A stretch of 64,000 nucleotides of DNA from Faecalibacterium sp. UBA1360 (GTDB lineage: Bacteria; Bacillota; Clostridia; Oscillospirales; Ruminococcaceae). The position numbers and the translations under genes are program-made. Shown piece by piece: positions 47,723 to 58,239 of this stretch. The stretch lies in assembly GCA_002306375.1 (NCBI GenBank), contig DBRU01000032.1, forward strand, positions 7,103 to 71,102. The letters run 5' to 3'. The notes below the pieces were generated by a model, which was not told the DNA's origin, did not search any database, and was given only the letters and a program-made list of their open reading frames with translations. Numbering within the stretch: the first letter of the stretch is position 1; the number at the start of each line of letters is the position of its first letter.

Positions 47723-48883
47723 ATGAACAAACGGGCCGCGGCTTTTCTGCTGTGTCTGGCACTGGCCTTTGCCTGCGCCCCGGCGGCGCTGGCGCAGGGC
47801 ATCGTGCCCGCCACCGTCACCGACTTCGACCTGCCCTGTCAGGCCGCTATCCTGATCGACGAGGACACCGGCACGGTGCTGTACGAGAAAAACGCCGACG
47901 AACAGCGCCCCATTGCCTCCATCACCAAGGTCATGACCCTGCTTTTGACCTTTGAGGCCTTGGAAGCCGGCAAGATCTCTCTGGACGACTTCGTTCCTGT
48001 GTCCGAACACGCCTACGGCATGGGCGGCAGCCAGATCTGGCTGGAACCCGGCGAGCAGATGACGCTGGACGATATGCTCAAGGCTATCTGTATTTCCAGC
48101 GCCAACGACGCCGCCGTGGCCGTGGCCGAGTATGTGGGCGGCAGCGAGGACGCCTTTGTGGCCATGATGAACGAGCGCGCGGCCACGCTGGGCATGACCG
48201 GCACCCACTTTGAAAACGCCTGCGGCCTTGATGAGGACGGTCATCTTTCCACCGCCCGGGACGTGGCCGCCATGAGCCGGGAAATGCTGCTCAACCACAC
48301 CGAGGTGGAAGATTACTGCATGATTTGGATGGACAGCCTGCGCGGGGGCGAGACCCAGTTGGTCAACACCAACAAGCTGCTCAAAAGCTATCAGGGCATC
48401 ACCGGCCTCAAGACCGGCACCACCGGCAAGGCGGGGGTGTGTATCAGCGCCAGCGCCCAGCGGGACGGTCTGAGCCTGATCGCGGTGGTACTGGGCTCTG
48501 CGTCCGGCCAGGACCGTTTCGATGCGGCCACCACGCTGCTGGATTACGGGTTTGCCTGCTACGAAAGCGTGGAAGTCCCCCTGCCCGACGGCACCCCTGA
48601 CACGCTGCCCGTGAGTCGCGGCGAAGAGGAGACGGTGGAACTTTCCTACACGGCGCCGGGGCGCTACCTGATGGTCAAGGGCGACCAGGCCGAACTGCGC
48701 TGCGAGGTCCAGCTACCCGCCGGCCTCACCGCGCCGGTCGAAGAAGGGCAGAGCGTGGGCACTGTCAAAATTTACAGCGGCGAGGAGGAAGTATCCTCCA
48801 CACCGATCCTGGCGGCAGGTAACGTAGCGGCGCGCAGTTTTGGATTCTGCCTTGTTCGCCTTGCCCAGGCGTTGATTTTGTAA
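47723..48883 (+). CDS. D-alanyl-D-alanine carboxypeptidase (S11, DacF-like)
   Basis: Signal peptide, SITK, SAN, KTG, MGGSQIWLEPGE. Confidence 0.92.
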   Translation: MNKRAAAFLLCLALAFACAPAALAQGIVPATVTDFDLPCQAAILIDEDTGTVLYEKNADEQRPIASITKVMTLLLTFEALEAGKISLDDFVPVSEHAYGMGGSQIWLEPGEQMTLDDMLKAICISSANDAAVAVAEYVGGSEDAFVAMMNERAATLGMTGTHFENACGLDEDGHLSTARDVAAMSREMLLNHTEVEDYCMIWMDSLRGGETQLVNTNKLLKSYQGITGLKTGTTGKAGVCISASAQRDGLSLIAVVLGSASGQDRFDAATTLLDYGFACYESVEVPLPDGTPDTLPVSRGEEETVELSYTAPGRYLMVKGDQAELRCEVQLPAGLTAPVEEGQSVGTVKIYSGEEEVSSTPILAAGNVAARSFGFCLVRLAQALIL

Positions 48884-48990
48884 GGCGGAAATTTTGTGCA
48901 AAACAGATGAAAAGCCCCCGGCGGAATGCTTGACAAGGCCGCCGGGAAACGGTATCATGGAATTACTAACAATCAAAGGAGGAGCTAACG

Positions 48991-50325
48991 ATGAGTGTCA
49001 AATACAATGGCAAACATCTGGCAAAATTCATCCGTCCTGAAGAATACGATGCGATCTTTCCGCAGGTCGAGCTCGCCCACCAGCAGTTGGAATCCCGTTC
49101 CGGCGCCGGCAACGATTTTTTGGGCTGGCTCGACCTGCCCGTCAATTATGACAAGGAGGAGTTCGCCCGCATCCAGCAGGCGGCGGCCAAGATCCGCGCC
49201 GACTCCGACGTGCTGCTGGTCGCCGGCATCGGCGGCTCCTACCTGGGCGCCCGCGCGGTGATCGAAGCGGTCAAGGGGCAGTTCCACAACGAGGTCGAAG
49301 ACGGCCTGAAGATCTACTTCTGCGGCAACACCATCTCGCCCACTGCCATCAACGACATCATCAGCCTGACCAAGGGCAAGCGGTTCTCCATCAACGTCAT
49401 CTCCAAGTCCGGCACCACCACCGAGACGGCTCTGGCCTTCCGTGTGCTGCGCAAACTGCTGGAGGATGCCGTTGGCCCCGAGGAAGCCAACAAGCGCATT
49501 TATGCCACCACCGACCGTTCCCGCGGCACCCTCAAACAACTGGCGGATGCTCAGGGCTGGCCCACTTTTGTGGTGCCTGACGACGTGGGCGGCCGGTTCT
49601 CGGTGCTGACCGCCGTGGGTCTGCTGCCCATCGCCTGCGCCGGCATCGACATCGCGGCTCTCATGCAGGGCGCCGCCGACGCGCGGGAAGAGTTCAGCGT
49701 GTGCAGCAAGGACAACGATGCCTACCGCTATGCCATGACCCGCAACATCCTGTACCGCAAGGGCAAGGTGGTGGAGACCCTGACTGCCTTTGAGCCCGAC
49801 TTCACCATGATGAACGAATGGTACAAGCAGCTCTTCGGCGAGAGCGAGGGCAAGGACCAGAAGGGCCTGATGCCCACGTCCTGCATCTTCTCCACCGATC
49901 TGCACTCCATGGGCCAGTTCCTGCAGGACGGCAGCCGCACGATGTTCGAGACCTATGTGGACATCAAGGCGCCTCGTCAGGATTACTTCATCCCCGCTCT
50001 CGAAGGCAACTTTGACGGCCTGAACTTCCTGGCCGATCAGAACATGTCCATCGTCAATCGCAAAGCCATGGAAGGCACGATCCTTGCCCATAACGACGGC
50101 GGCGTGCCTCTGGGCCTTATCGAGGTGGACTGCCTGGATGCCTACAACGTGGGCAGCCTGATCTATTTCTTCTGGAAAGCCTGTGCGGTGTCCGGGTATC
50201 TGCTGTCGGTCAATCCCTTTGACCAGCCCGGCGTCGAAAGCTATAAAAAGAATATGTTCGCCCTGTTGGGCAAGCCGGGCTATGAGGCCCAGAAGGCCGA
50301 GCTTGAGGCCAAGCTCAACGGCTGA
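48991..50325 (+). CDS. pgi: Glucose-6-phosphate isomerase
   Basis: [31 protein letters not shown]; promoter TTGACA-N17-TATCAT at 48930-48958. Confidence 0.97.
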   Translation: MSVKYNGKHLAKFIRPEEYDAIFPQVELAHQQLESRSGAGNDFLGWLDLPVNYDKEEFARIQQAAAKIRADSDVLLVAGIGGSYLGARAVIEAVKGQFHNEVEDGLKIYFCGNTISPTAINDIISLTKGKRFSINVISKSGTTTETALAFRVLRKLLEDAVGPEEANKRIYATTDRSRGTLKQLADAQGWPTFVVPDDVGGRFSVLTAVGLLPIACAGIDIAALMQGAADAREEFSVCSKDNDAYRYAMTRNILYRKGKVVETLTAFEPDFTMMNEWYKQLFGESEGKDQKGLMPTSCIFSTDLHSMGQFLQDGSRTMFETYVDIKAPRQDYFIPALEGNFDGLNFLADQNMSIVNRKAMEGTILAHNDGGVPLGLIEVDCLDAYNVGSLIYFFWKACAVSGYLLSVNPFDQPGVESYKKNMFALLGKPGYEAQKAELEAKLNG

Positions 50326-50363
50326 GACCGCACGCTTTTATTAACCTAAGGAGGCACTCTCTT

Positions 50364-50768
50364 ATGATCAAACTCATCGTCGGCGCCAAAGGCTCCGGTA
50401 AGACCAAGACCCTGATCGACATGATCAACCAGGCCACCAAGACCACGGCCGGGAACATCGTGGTCATCGAAAAATCCATGAAGCTGACCACCGAGATCAA
50501 CCACAAGGCGCGTCTTTTGGACGTGGATGAATATAAAATCAGCGGTGCAGACATGTTCTACGGCTTTGTCGCGGGTGTGCTCGCCGGCAACTACGACATC
50601 ACCGAGCTGTTCATCGACGGTATCCTGAAGGTCGTGGACCACGACATGGACCAGGCCACCAAGGTTTTGGCCGAGATCGACAAGATCACCGCCAACAACG
50701 TGGAAGTGGTCGTGACCGTGTCCGCCAACGAGCAGGATCTGCCCGACGGCATCAAAAAGTACCTGTAA
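50364..50768 (+). CDS. Conserved small P-loop protein of Clostridia, function unknown
   Basis: GAKGSGKT Walker A-like motif, AGNYDITELFIDG; strong RBS. Confidence 0.8.
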   Translation: MIKLIVGAKGSGKTKTLIDMINQATKTTAGNIVVIEKSMKLTTEINHKARLLDVDEYKISGADMFYGFVAGVLAGNYDITELFIDGILKVVDHDMDQATKVLAEIDKITANNVEVVVTVSANEQDLPDGIKKYL

Positions 50769-50797
50769 GGCATCACCGCTTTACACTGCCAAATGTC

Positions 50798-50834
50798 AAA
50801 ACGGGGGCGAGCGTCGGGCTTGCCCCCGTCTTTT
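50798..50834 (+). terminator. Intrinsic terminator
   Basis: ACGGGGGCGAG/CTTGCCCCCGT followed by CTTTT. Confidence 0.7.
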
Positions 50835-50942
50835 GTGGGCGGGGGAGGACCAAAAAACAATTTCTTGCGTTTTTTGGAATATTTTTGTTGACAAGACCCC
50901 CTTCCTTGTGTATACTAGTTAAGCGACCTTTTGAGGTGAAGT

Positions 50943-51443
50943 ATGCAATTCGATCTTCGGAACTTTCTGCAAAACGCAAAAACTCCTTATACAGCGCATT
51001 TTTTGGCCGATCTGGCCGATGCCGACTGGGGCGGTTTTCGCGTGCCTGACCCGTTGGACTGTACCTTTACGGCCGAGCCCACACAGGAAGGCGCTTCGCT
51101 GGCCTTGCATGTGGCGGCCACGGTGCACAGCGAGTGCGCTCGGTGCCTTGCCCCCATCAGCCAGGACTATGACTTCACCCGCGAATATCTGGTGCGGCTG
51201 CGCGATCTTGATGATATCGACTTTGAGCTGCCCCTGAATGAAGAAGGGTCGTTGGACATACGGGAACTCGCATATCAGGAACTGATCTTCGAGGTTCCCC
51301 GGGTGCTGTTGTGCAGCCCCGATTGCCAAGGTCTATGCCCCATCTGCGGCAAAAGAAAAGCGGAAGGCTGTGCCTGCCAAGCGGCGGCCGACGCCGCCCC
51401 TGTGGATGCAAGGCTTAGCATATTAAAACAACTGCTTAGTTGA
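50943..51443 (+). CDS. yceD: YceD/DUF177 protein
   Basis: CARCL, LCSPDCQGLCPICG, DARL; upstream of rpmF; promoter TTGACA-N17-TATACT. Confidence 0.9.
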   Translation: MQFDLRNFLQNAKTPYTAHFLADLADADWGGFRVPDPLDCTFTAEPTQEGASLALHVAATVHSECARCLAPISQDYDFTREYLVRLRDLDDIDFELPLNEEGSLDIRELAYQELIFEVPRVLLCSPDCQGLCPICGKRKAEGCACQAAADAAPVDARLSILKQLLS

Positions 51444-51467
51444 AATTCACCAAGGAGGTGCGATAAA

Positions 51468-51656
51468 ATGGCAGTCCCCAAGAGAAAGCAGTCCAAAGCC
51501 CGCCGCGACAAGCGCCGTTCCAATGTCTGGAAGCTGGAAGCGCCTACGCTGGTGAAATGTCCCCAGTGCGGTGAGCTGAAGGTGCCCCATCAGGTTTGTG
51601 GCAAGTGCGGCTACTACAAGGGCCGTGAGGTCGTCAAGGTCAGCAAAGAGGCCTGA
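51468..51656 (+). CDS. rpmF: 50S ribosomal protein L32
   Basis: MAVPKRKQSKARRDKRR, CPQC...CGKCGYY. Confidence 0.97.
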   Translation: MAVPKRKQSKARRDKRRSNVWKLEAPTLVKCPQCGELKVPHQVCGKCGYYKGREVVKVSKEA

Positions 51657-51769
51657 GCGAAATTTCAAAGCAGGGGAGGGGGCACAGTGCCCTCTCTTTT
51701 TCTTTGCCCGTTTTCGTGGTATACTACTACCAAAGCCAGCCGCTTCACCGTCAAGAAAGGGGCGTTTTC

Positions 51770-53101
51770 ATGCCGCTGTACGTACAAAGCGTCGAATCGG
51801 ATTCCCCGGCCGCGCGCCTGGGCCTGCAGCCCGGGTGTATGCTTGTGTCCATTGACGGCAACGAACTGTGCGACGCGCTGGACTACCAGTTTTACACGGC
51901 AGCCGCGGCATTTACGCTGACGGTGTGCGAGGCCGGCGTCCACCGCGACATCCCGGTCCAAAAAGGGGAGTACGAGCCCTTCGGCTGCAACTTCAAGACC
52001 TATCTCGGCGATGAAAAGCACAGCTGTGACAACCACTGTATGTTCTGCTTCATCGACCAGCTGCCGCCGGGGCTGCGTGAGCCCCTGTACTTCAAGGATG
52101 ACGACGAGCGCCTGTCCTTTTTGTACGGCAACTATATCACGATGACCAATCTTTCCGACCGGGAAGTGGAACGCATCATCAAAATGCACATCAGCCCGAT
52201 CTTTATCTCGGTACACACCACGAACCCGGCGCTGCGTGTGCGCATGATGGCCAACAAGCGCGCCGCCGACACTCTGCGGTATCTGGACGCGTTCGCCAAG
52301 GGCGGCATCGAGATGAACTGCCAGCTGGTGCTGTGCCGGGGCATCAACGACGGGGCCGAGCTGCGCCGCACGCTGGACGACCTGCTGGCTCTGGGCGACG
52401 CCGTGGGTAGCATCGCGGCGGTTCCCGCCGGCGTGACCGCTTACCGGGACAAGCTGTTCAAACTTGCCCCCTACGACGCTGCCACGGCAGCCGAGACGCT
52501 GGACATTTTGGAAGAATACGCCTACCGCTGCCGCGAACAATGCGGCCGCAGCGTGGTCTATCCCAGCGATGAATGGTATCTCACCGCGGGGCGCGACATC
52601 CCGCCCGCCGAGTTTTACGACGACTTTGCCCAGCTGGAGGACGGCGTGGGCATGTGGCGGCGGTATCACGACACCTTTTTGGAGGAACTGGCCCGTCCCC
52701 GCCGCCTGGTGCTGCCGCGCAACATCGATGTGGTTACCGGCACGCTGGCCGCGCCCCTGATCCGCCGGATGGCCGATGCCGTCACACAGAAATACCCTGG
52801 TGTGCACATTGCGGTCCATGCCGTCGAAAACCGCTTTTTCGGCGGCAATGTCAGCGTGGCCGGCCTCGTGACCGCCACCGACATCATCGACCAGTGCCGC
52901 GGCAAACTGCACGGCAAGGTGCTGGCGGTGCCCGCGGTCATGCTGCAGGATGAGGAGGATCGCTTCCTCGACGACGTCACCCCCGCTGCGCTGGGCGAAG
53001 CCCTGGGCTGCCGGGTGGTGGTCATCCCCACCGACGGCGCCGGCTGCTGCCGCGCCTACCTGGGGGTGCGCATGCTCAAACCCCAACCAAAGGAGGAATG
53101 A
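51770..53101 (+). CDS. DUF512 / PDZ-containing radical-SAM-like protein
   Basis: PDZ-like N-terminus, CDNHCMFC, KDDDERLSF, QLEDGVG. Confidence 0.88.
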   Translation: MPLYVQSVESDSPAARLGLQPGCMLVSIDGNELCDALDYQFYTAAAAFTLTVCEAGVHRDIPVQKGEYEPFGCNFKTYLGDEKHSCDNHCMFCFIDQLPPGLREPLYFKDDDERLSFLYGNYITMTNLSDREVERIIKMHISPIFISVHTTNPALRVRMMANKRAADTLRYLDAFAKGGIEMNCQLVLCRGINDGAELRRTLDDLLALGDAVGSIAAVPAGVTAYRDKLFKLAPYDAATAAETLDILEEYAYRCREQCGRSVVYPSDEWYLTAGRDIPPAEFYDDFAQLEDGVGMWRRYHDTFLEELARPRRLVLPRNIDVVTGTLAAPLIRRMADAVTQKYPGVHIAVHAVENRFFGGNVSVAGLVTATDIIDQCRGKLHGKVLAVPAVMLQDEEDRFLDDVTPAALGEALGCRVVVIPTDGAGCCRAYLGVRMLKPQPKEE

Positions 53102-53105
53102 CCAC

Positions 53106-54437
53106 ATGGCAAAACCGATCGTGGCCATCGTGGGCCGGCCCAATGTGGGCAAGTCCACCATCTTCAACAAACTTACCGGCCAGCGCATCGCCATCGTGGA
53201 AGATACCCCCGGCGTTACCCGGGACCGCATCTTCTGCGACTGCGAATGGACCGGCCACAAGTTTCTGCTGGTGGACACTGGCGGCATTGAACCCAACATT
53301 GATGACGGGCTGCTGGCTCACATGCGTCAGCAGGCCCAGATCGCCATCGATTCCGCCGACTGCATCGTCATGGTCACCGATCTGCGCGCCGGCGTGACCC
53401 CCCAGGACCACGAGGTCGCCGCCATGCTCATGCGCAGCGGCAAGCCGGTGGTGCTGGCGGTGAACAAGTGCGACAAGATCGGCGACCCGCCCATGGAGCT
53501 GTATGATTTTTACGCCCTGGGTCTGGGCGAACTGGTGCCGGTATCCGGCGTGCACGGGCACGGCACCGGCGATCTGCTGGACGCCGTGTGCGCCCACCTG
53601 ACCTTTGATGACACCGACGCCGAAGAGGACGACCGCATCCCGGTGGCGGTCATCGGCCGCCCCAACGTGGGCAAATCCAGCCTGATCAACCACATTCTGG
53701 GCGAGGACCGCCTGATCGTGGCCAACGAGGCAGGTACCACCCGGGACGCCATCGACACCGAGGTGGAAAACCAGTACGGCAAGTTCATCTTCACCGACAC
53801 TGCCGGTCTGCGCAAAAAGGGCAAGGTAGAGGACGGCGTGGAGCGGTTCAGCGTGCTGCGCAGCCTGGCGGCGGTGGAGCGCAGCCGGGTGTGCGTTATT
53901 ATGATCGACGCCACCGTGGGCTTTACCGAGCAGGATTCCAAGGTGGCGGGCTATGCTCACGAACAGGGCAAGGCCTGCGTCATTGCCGTGAACAAGTGGG
54001 ACGCTGTGGAGAAGGATACCTACACCATGGACCGCATGCGTAAGGAACTGGAAGAAGCCTTCAGCTTCATGTCCTATGCGCCCATCGTGTTCATCAGCGC
54101 CAAGACCGGCCAGCGCATCGACAAATTGTTCGAGACCATCCAGTTTGTGGACATCCAGAACGGCACCCGTGTGCCCACCGGCGCGCTGAACGAGATGCTG
54201 GCCCGGGCCACGGCCCGGGTGCAGCCGCCTTCGGACAAGGGCAAGCGGCTCAAGATCTTCTATATCACCCAGAGCTCCACCCGCCCGCCCACGTTCGTCT
54301 GCTTTGTGAACCAGAAAGCGCTGTTCCATTTTTCCTATCAGCGGTATATCGAAAACCAGATCCGTGAAAACTTTGGCCTGACCGGGACGCCGATACGGAT
54401 GCTCGTGCGGGAGCACGGCGACGGTTCGGCTCGCTGA
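53106..54437 (+). CDS. der: Ribosome biogenesis GTPase Der
   Basis: Two GRPNVGKS G domains plus KH-like C-terminus. Confidence 0.97.
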   Translation: MAKPIVAIVGRPNVGKSTIFNKLTGQRIAIVEDTPGVTRDRIFCDCEWTGHKFLLVDTGGIEPNIDDGLLAHMRQQAQIAIDSADCIVMVTDLRAGVTPQDHEVAAMLMRSGKPVVLAVNKCDKIGDPPMELYDFYALGLGELVPVSGVHGHGTGDLLDAVCAHLTFDDTDAEEDDRIPVAVIGRPNVGKSSLINHILGEDRLIVANEAGTTRDAIDTEVENQYGKFIFTDTAGLRKKGKVEDGVERFSVLRSLAAVERSRVCVIMIDATVGFTEQDSKVAGYAHEQGKACVIAVNKWDAVEKDTYTMDRMRKELEEAFSFMSYAPIVFISAKTGQRIDKLFETIQFVDIQNGTRVPTGALNEMLARATARVQPPSDKGKRLKIFYITQSSTRPPTFVCFVNQKALFHFSYQRYIENQIRENFGLTGTPIRMLVREHGDGSAR

Positions 54438-54461
54438 CGGTTTTGTGAGGGAGGAATCATT

Positions 54462-55130
54462 ATGGCATTGAAGCTGATCGCGGCCTGTGTATTGGCCGCG
54501 CTGGAAGGTTATCTTTTGGGCAGTATCGTGTTCGGCATCATGATCTCCAAGGTGTTTTGCCACGATGATGTGCGCACCCATGGCAGCGGCAGCGCCGGCA
54601 TGACCAACATGCTGCGCACCTACGGCGCGGCGGCGGGCGCGGCCACCGCCATCGGCGACGTGGCCAAGGGCGCGGTGGCCGTGCTCATTGGCCAGTGGCT
54701 GTTCGCGGCGCTGGTGCCCCAGTTCGAACCCGCCTGCGGGGCGTATCTGGCGGCCATTTTTGCGGCCATTGGCCACATGAAGCCCGCCTGGTTCGGATTC
54801 CACGGCGGCAAGGGCGTGCTGGTTTGCGGCGGCGCGATCCTGGCCTTGCAGCCCCTGGTGTTTCTTGCGCTGGTGGTCATTTTCTGCATCGAATTTGCCA
54901 TCACCCGCATCGTGTCCCTGGGCAGCATCATTGTGGCGGCGTTGTACCCGGTGCTGACGCTGTGCTTCTGGGCCTGGCACGGCGCTGACGTGCCCACGCT
55001 GGTGTTCATCGGCATTTGCAGCGCCATCATGGCCTTTATGGTCATTTACATGCACCGCTCTAACATCCAGCGCCTGCGGGAGGGCACCGAGTACCGCTTC
55101 GGACAAAAGAAAAAGGACGGCGGCAAGTAA
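54462..55130 (+). CDS. plsY: Glycerol-3-phosphate acyltransferase
   Basis: YLLGS, GSGSAGMTN, GH...FHGGKGV, HRSNIQRL. Confidence 0.94.
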   Translation: MALKLIAACVLAALEGYLLGSIVFGIMISKVFCHDDVRTHGSGSAGMTNMLRTYGAAAGAATAIGDVAKGAVAVLIGQWLFAALVPQFEPACGAYLAAIFAAIGHMKPAWFGFHGGKGVLVCGGAILALQPLVFLALVVIFCIEFAITRIVSLGSIIVAALYPVLTLCFWAWHGADVPTLVFIGICSAIMAFMVIYMHRSNIQRLREGTEYRFGQKKKDGGK

Positions 55131-55166
55131 ACGCCGCTCCGCGCCTTGCGCACAAGTTGATATCAC

Positions 55167-55219
55167 AAACAGCACCGGGCCGAACCCCGCCAACGCGGGG
55201 AACGGCCCGGTGCTGTTTT
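55167..55219. terminator. Bidirectional terminator
   Basis: AAACAGCACCGGGCCG...CGGCCCGGTGCTGTTTT. Confidence 0.8.
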
Positions 55220-55232
55220 GTCTATGCAAGGG

Positions 55233-56246
55233 TCACAGGCGCACCATATGGGGGGTGATGTCAGCCAGGGTCTTTGCGCCGCACATGGCCATGGTGTCGG
55301 CCAGCTCGGCGGCCAGCTGGTCCACATAGGCCTTTACGCCGTCGGCCCCGGCGCCGTACACGGCGGTCACGAAGGGCCGGGCGATCAGCACCGCGTCGGC
55401 GCCCAGCGCCAGGGCGCGGAACACGTCCAATCCTGTGCGGATACCGCCGTCCACCAGCACCAGAGCCCGCTTGTTCACGGCCTTGGCGATCTCGGGCAGG
55501 ACCTGGGCGGTGGCGGGGGTGCCGTCCAAAACGCGGCCGCCGTGGTTGGACACCACGATGCCGGCAGCTCCGGCCTGCACAGCCTTTTCGGCCCCCTTGA
55601 CGGTCATCACACCCTTGACGATGAAGGGCACGCCGGAATCCCGGATGATGCCGCTCAATTCCTCCACGGTCTTGCTGCCCGCGGGCGGGTCCAGATCCTT
55701 CAAAAAGGGCAGGCCTGCGGCGTCGATGTCCATGGCTGCCGCAAAAGCGCCCGACTGGCGTACCAGGGCCATCTTTTTGGCGACCGTGGCGGCGTCCCAG
55801 GGCTTGACGGTGGGCACGCCGAAGCCGCCGTTTTGCCCGATGGCCCGGCAGGCGGCCTCCATCACGGCGGGGTTGGTACCGTCGCCCGTAAAGGCCAGGA
55901 TGCCCGCATCCCGGCAGGCCGGCACCAGAATGTCGTTGTAGGCCAGGTCATCGTATTTGGCGCCGTAGTGCAGCTGTACGGCCCCTACGGGCCCCGCGAA
56001 CACGGGCAGCTTGAAGGTATGCCCCAGCAGCGTGCAGCTGGTGTTCGGTGCGCCGGGCTCGCACAGGGTATCCATGTTCACGTGTACGGCCTGCCAGGCC
56101 GCGTAGTTGCGGATGGCGCAGTCGCCCACACCCTTGGCGCCCGGCCCCGGGATGGTCCCGCGGCAGGCGCGGCCGTCGCACACGGGGCAGGCTTTGCAGG
56201 GCCCCATCTGGCCCCGGGCCCGGTCGGCAATGTCCTTGTATGTCAT
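55233..56246 (-). CDS. FMN-dependent alpha-hydroxy-acid oxidase/dehydrogenase family protein
   Basis: VKGVM, SNHGGRVLD, DGGIRTG; N-terminal CKACPVCDGRAC. Confidence 0.88.
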   Translation of the reverse strand: MTYKDIADRARGQMGPCKACPVCDGRACRGTIPGPGAKGVGDCAIRNYAAWQAVHVNMDTLCEPGAPNTSCTLLGHTFKLPVFAGPVGAVQLHYGAKYDDLAYNDILVPACRDAGILAFTGDGTNPAVMEAACRAIGQNGGFGVPTVKPWDAATVAKKMALVRQSGAFAAAMDIDAAGLPFLKDLDPPAGSKTVEELSGIIRDSGVPFIVKGVMTVKGAEKAVQAGAAGIVVSNHGGRVLDGTPATAQVLPEIAKAVNKRALVLVDGGIRTGLDVFRALALGADAVLIARPFVTAVYGAGADGVKAYVDQLAAELADTMAMCGAKTLADITPHMVRL

Positions 56247-56393
56247 GGCAAACATCTCTCCTTATGTTGGCTATCTATGCCTAATACTACGCCTTTTTGA
56301 AAGCGAACGCAAGCCGCGGGCGCTCTTTTCTTTTTGCCGTCGGTGTGCTATGCTAGAAACGGCGGTCACACACCGCAGGAAAGGAACAGCGCC

Positions 56394-58082
56394 ATGAAAT
56401 TTTCTCAAATGCCTTATCAGCGCCCCGACCTGGACAAGGTCCTGGCCGGCTGCGCCGATTTTGCCGCGCGCCTGGCCGCGGCCGACAGCGGGGAAGACCT
56501 TGTCCGTCTTTACCGGGAGGAAAACGCCTTTCTCTCCCACTACCGCACGGCCCAGGTGCTGGCCAACATCCACTATACCCAGGACACCCGGGACAAGGCC
56601 TGGGTGGCGGAGCAGGACTGGTTCGACGCCAATGGTCCCGCCGTGGCCAAGGCCGAGACCGACATCGCCCGGGCCATTTTGTCCAACCCCCATGCCGACG
56701 CCCTGGCGGCCGCTTTTGGATCTACCGTGCTGCCCACCCTGAAAAACCGGGTGTTGTCCATGGACGAGCGCACGGTGGCCCTTCAGCAGGAGGAGAACGC
56801 CCTGACCAGCGCCTACCAGCGCCTGTACGGCGGCGCGCTGGTGGAGCTGGACGGCAAGCAGCTGACCATCCCCCAGCTGACGCCCTACAAGCAAAGCACC
56901 GATCCCGCCATGCGCCGGGCTGCCTATGAGGCCGAGGCCGGGTATTTTGACGCTCACCGGGCCGAGTTCGACGACCTGTATGACCGCCTGGTGAAGAACC
57001 GTACCCGGCAGGCGCACATTCTGGGCTACAAGGATTACAGTGAGCTGAGCTATGTCCGCATGAACCGCATCGGCTACGGCGCCAAAGAAGTGGCGGCCTT
57101 CCGCAGTGAAGTGGCGGAACAGGTGGTGCCCATGCTGCGCCGTATGCTGGACCTGCGCGCTAAGCGCACCGGCATCGAGCACCCGATGTTCTGGGATTCC
57201 GCCGTCAGCTTTGCCGACGGCAACCCCGTGCCCCACGGCGCCTACGACGAACTGATGGCCGGCGCCAAGCAGATGTACCATGAACTGAGCCCCGTCACCG
57301 GCGAGTTCATCGACTTCATGCAGCAAAATGAGATGTTCGACGTCATGAGCCGCCCGGGTAAGATGACCGGCGGGTATGAGGAGATCATCCCCGACCACAA
57401 GGCCCCCTTCATCTTCGCCAACTGGAACGGTACCTCCGGGGACGTGGACGTGCTGACCCACGAGGCCGGCCACGCCCTGGAAGCCTACCTGGCCGCCCGC
57501 ACCGACATCCCTGAGGAATTGCAGTGCCCCGGCATGGAAAGCGCCGAGATCCACTCCATGTCCATGGAGTTCCTCACCGCACCCTGGCATCACTTGTTCT
57601 TTGGCCCCGACACCGACAAATACGAGCTCTATCACGCCGAGGACAACTTCGTCTTTTTGCCCTACGGCTGCATGGTGGACGAGTTCCAGCATATCGTCTA
57701 CCAAAACCCCGGCCTGACGCCGGAACAGCGCAACGCCCAGTGGCTCAAGCTGGAAGAAAAGTACCGTCCATGGAACGATTTCGGCGACCTGCCCTTTTAT
57801 GGTCGGGGCGCGGGCTGGCAGCGCCAGCTGCATATCTATGAGTGCCCCTTCTACTACATCGACTATTGCCTGGCCACGGTCATCGCGCTGCAATTTTTCA
57901 TTGCGGGGCTGCACGACCACGCCGACGCCTGGCAGCGCTACCTGCGCCTGACCCGCCTGGCAGGCACGGCCTCCTATGCCGAACTGGCCCAAGCCGCCGG
58001 CATGAAGGTGCCTTTCACCAAGGGCAGCCTGACCGATCTTTCCAAGGAAGTGTTTGCCTGGATCGAAGCCCATCAGATCTGA
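56394..58082 (+). CDS. M3-family oligoendopeptidase
   Basis: HEAGH, AEIHSMSME, WQRQLHIY, YYIDY. Confidence 0.93.
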   Translation: MKFSQMPYQRPDLDKVLAGCADFAARLAAADSGEDLVRLYREENAFLSHYRTAQVLANIHYTQDTRDKAWVAEQDWFDANGPAVAKAETDIARAILSNPHADALAAAFGSTVLPTLKNRVLSMDERTVALQQEENALTSAYQRLYGGALVELDGKQLTIPQLTPYKQSTDPAMRRAAYEAEAGYFDAHRAEFDDLYDRLVKNRTRQAHILGYKDYSELSYVRMNRIGYGAKEVAAFRSEVAEQVVPMLRRMLDLRAKRTGIEHPMFWDSAVSFADGNPVPHGAYDELMAGAKQMYHELSPVTGEFIDFMQQNEMFDVMSRPGKMTGGYEEIIPDHKAPFIFANWNGTSGDVDVLTHEAGHALEAYLAARTDIPEELQCPGMESAEIHSMSMEFLTAPWHHLFFGPDTDKYELYHAEDNFVFLPYGCMVDEFQHIVYQNPGLTPEQRNAQWLKLEEKYRPWNDFGDLPFYGRGAGWQRQLHIYECPFYYIDYCLATVIALQFFIAGLHDHADAWQRYLRLTRLAGTASYAELAQAAGMKVPFTKGSLTDLSKEVFAWIEAHQI

Positions 58083-58089
58083 CTTGGGC

Positions 58090-58145
58090 AAAAAAAGCGC
58101 GCCTGTGCGGCGGATTTTTCCGCTGCGCGGGCGTGCTTTTCTTTT
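58090..58145 (+). terminator. Terminator of the M3 peptidase gene
   Basis: AAAAGCGCGCCTGTGCGGCGGA/TCCGCTGCGCGGGCGTGCTTTT followed by CTTTTT. Confidence 0.8.
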
Positions 58146-58204
58146 TGGCAAAAAATTCGGGGCAGGGAAGTATCCATTGCCCGGAAAAATATGTTTACAC
58201 GGGG

Positions 58205-58233
58205 TTGACAGAGAAGCTCCCGTATGATATATT
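58205..58233 (+). promoter_or_regulatory. sigma-A promoter with no downstream CDS
   Basis: TTGACA-N17-TATATT with extended TG. Confidence 0.75.
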
Positions 58234-58239
58234 GTTCTT

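Noticed and set aside
50364..50768. PilT-type twitching ATPase label for the small P-loop protein
   Set aside because: It is only 134 aa, lacks PilT motifs beyond Walker A, and has no pilus genes nearby.
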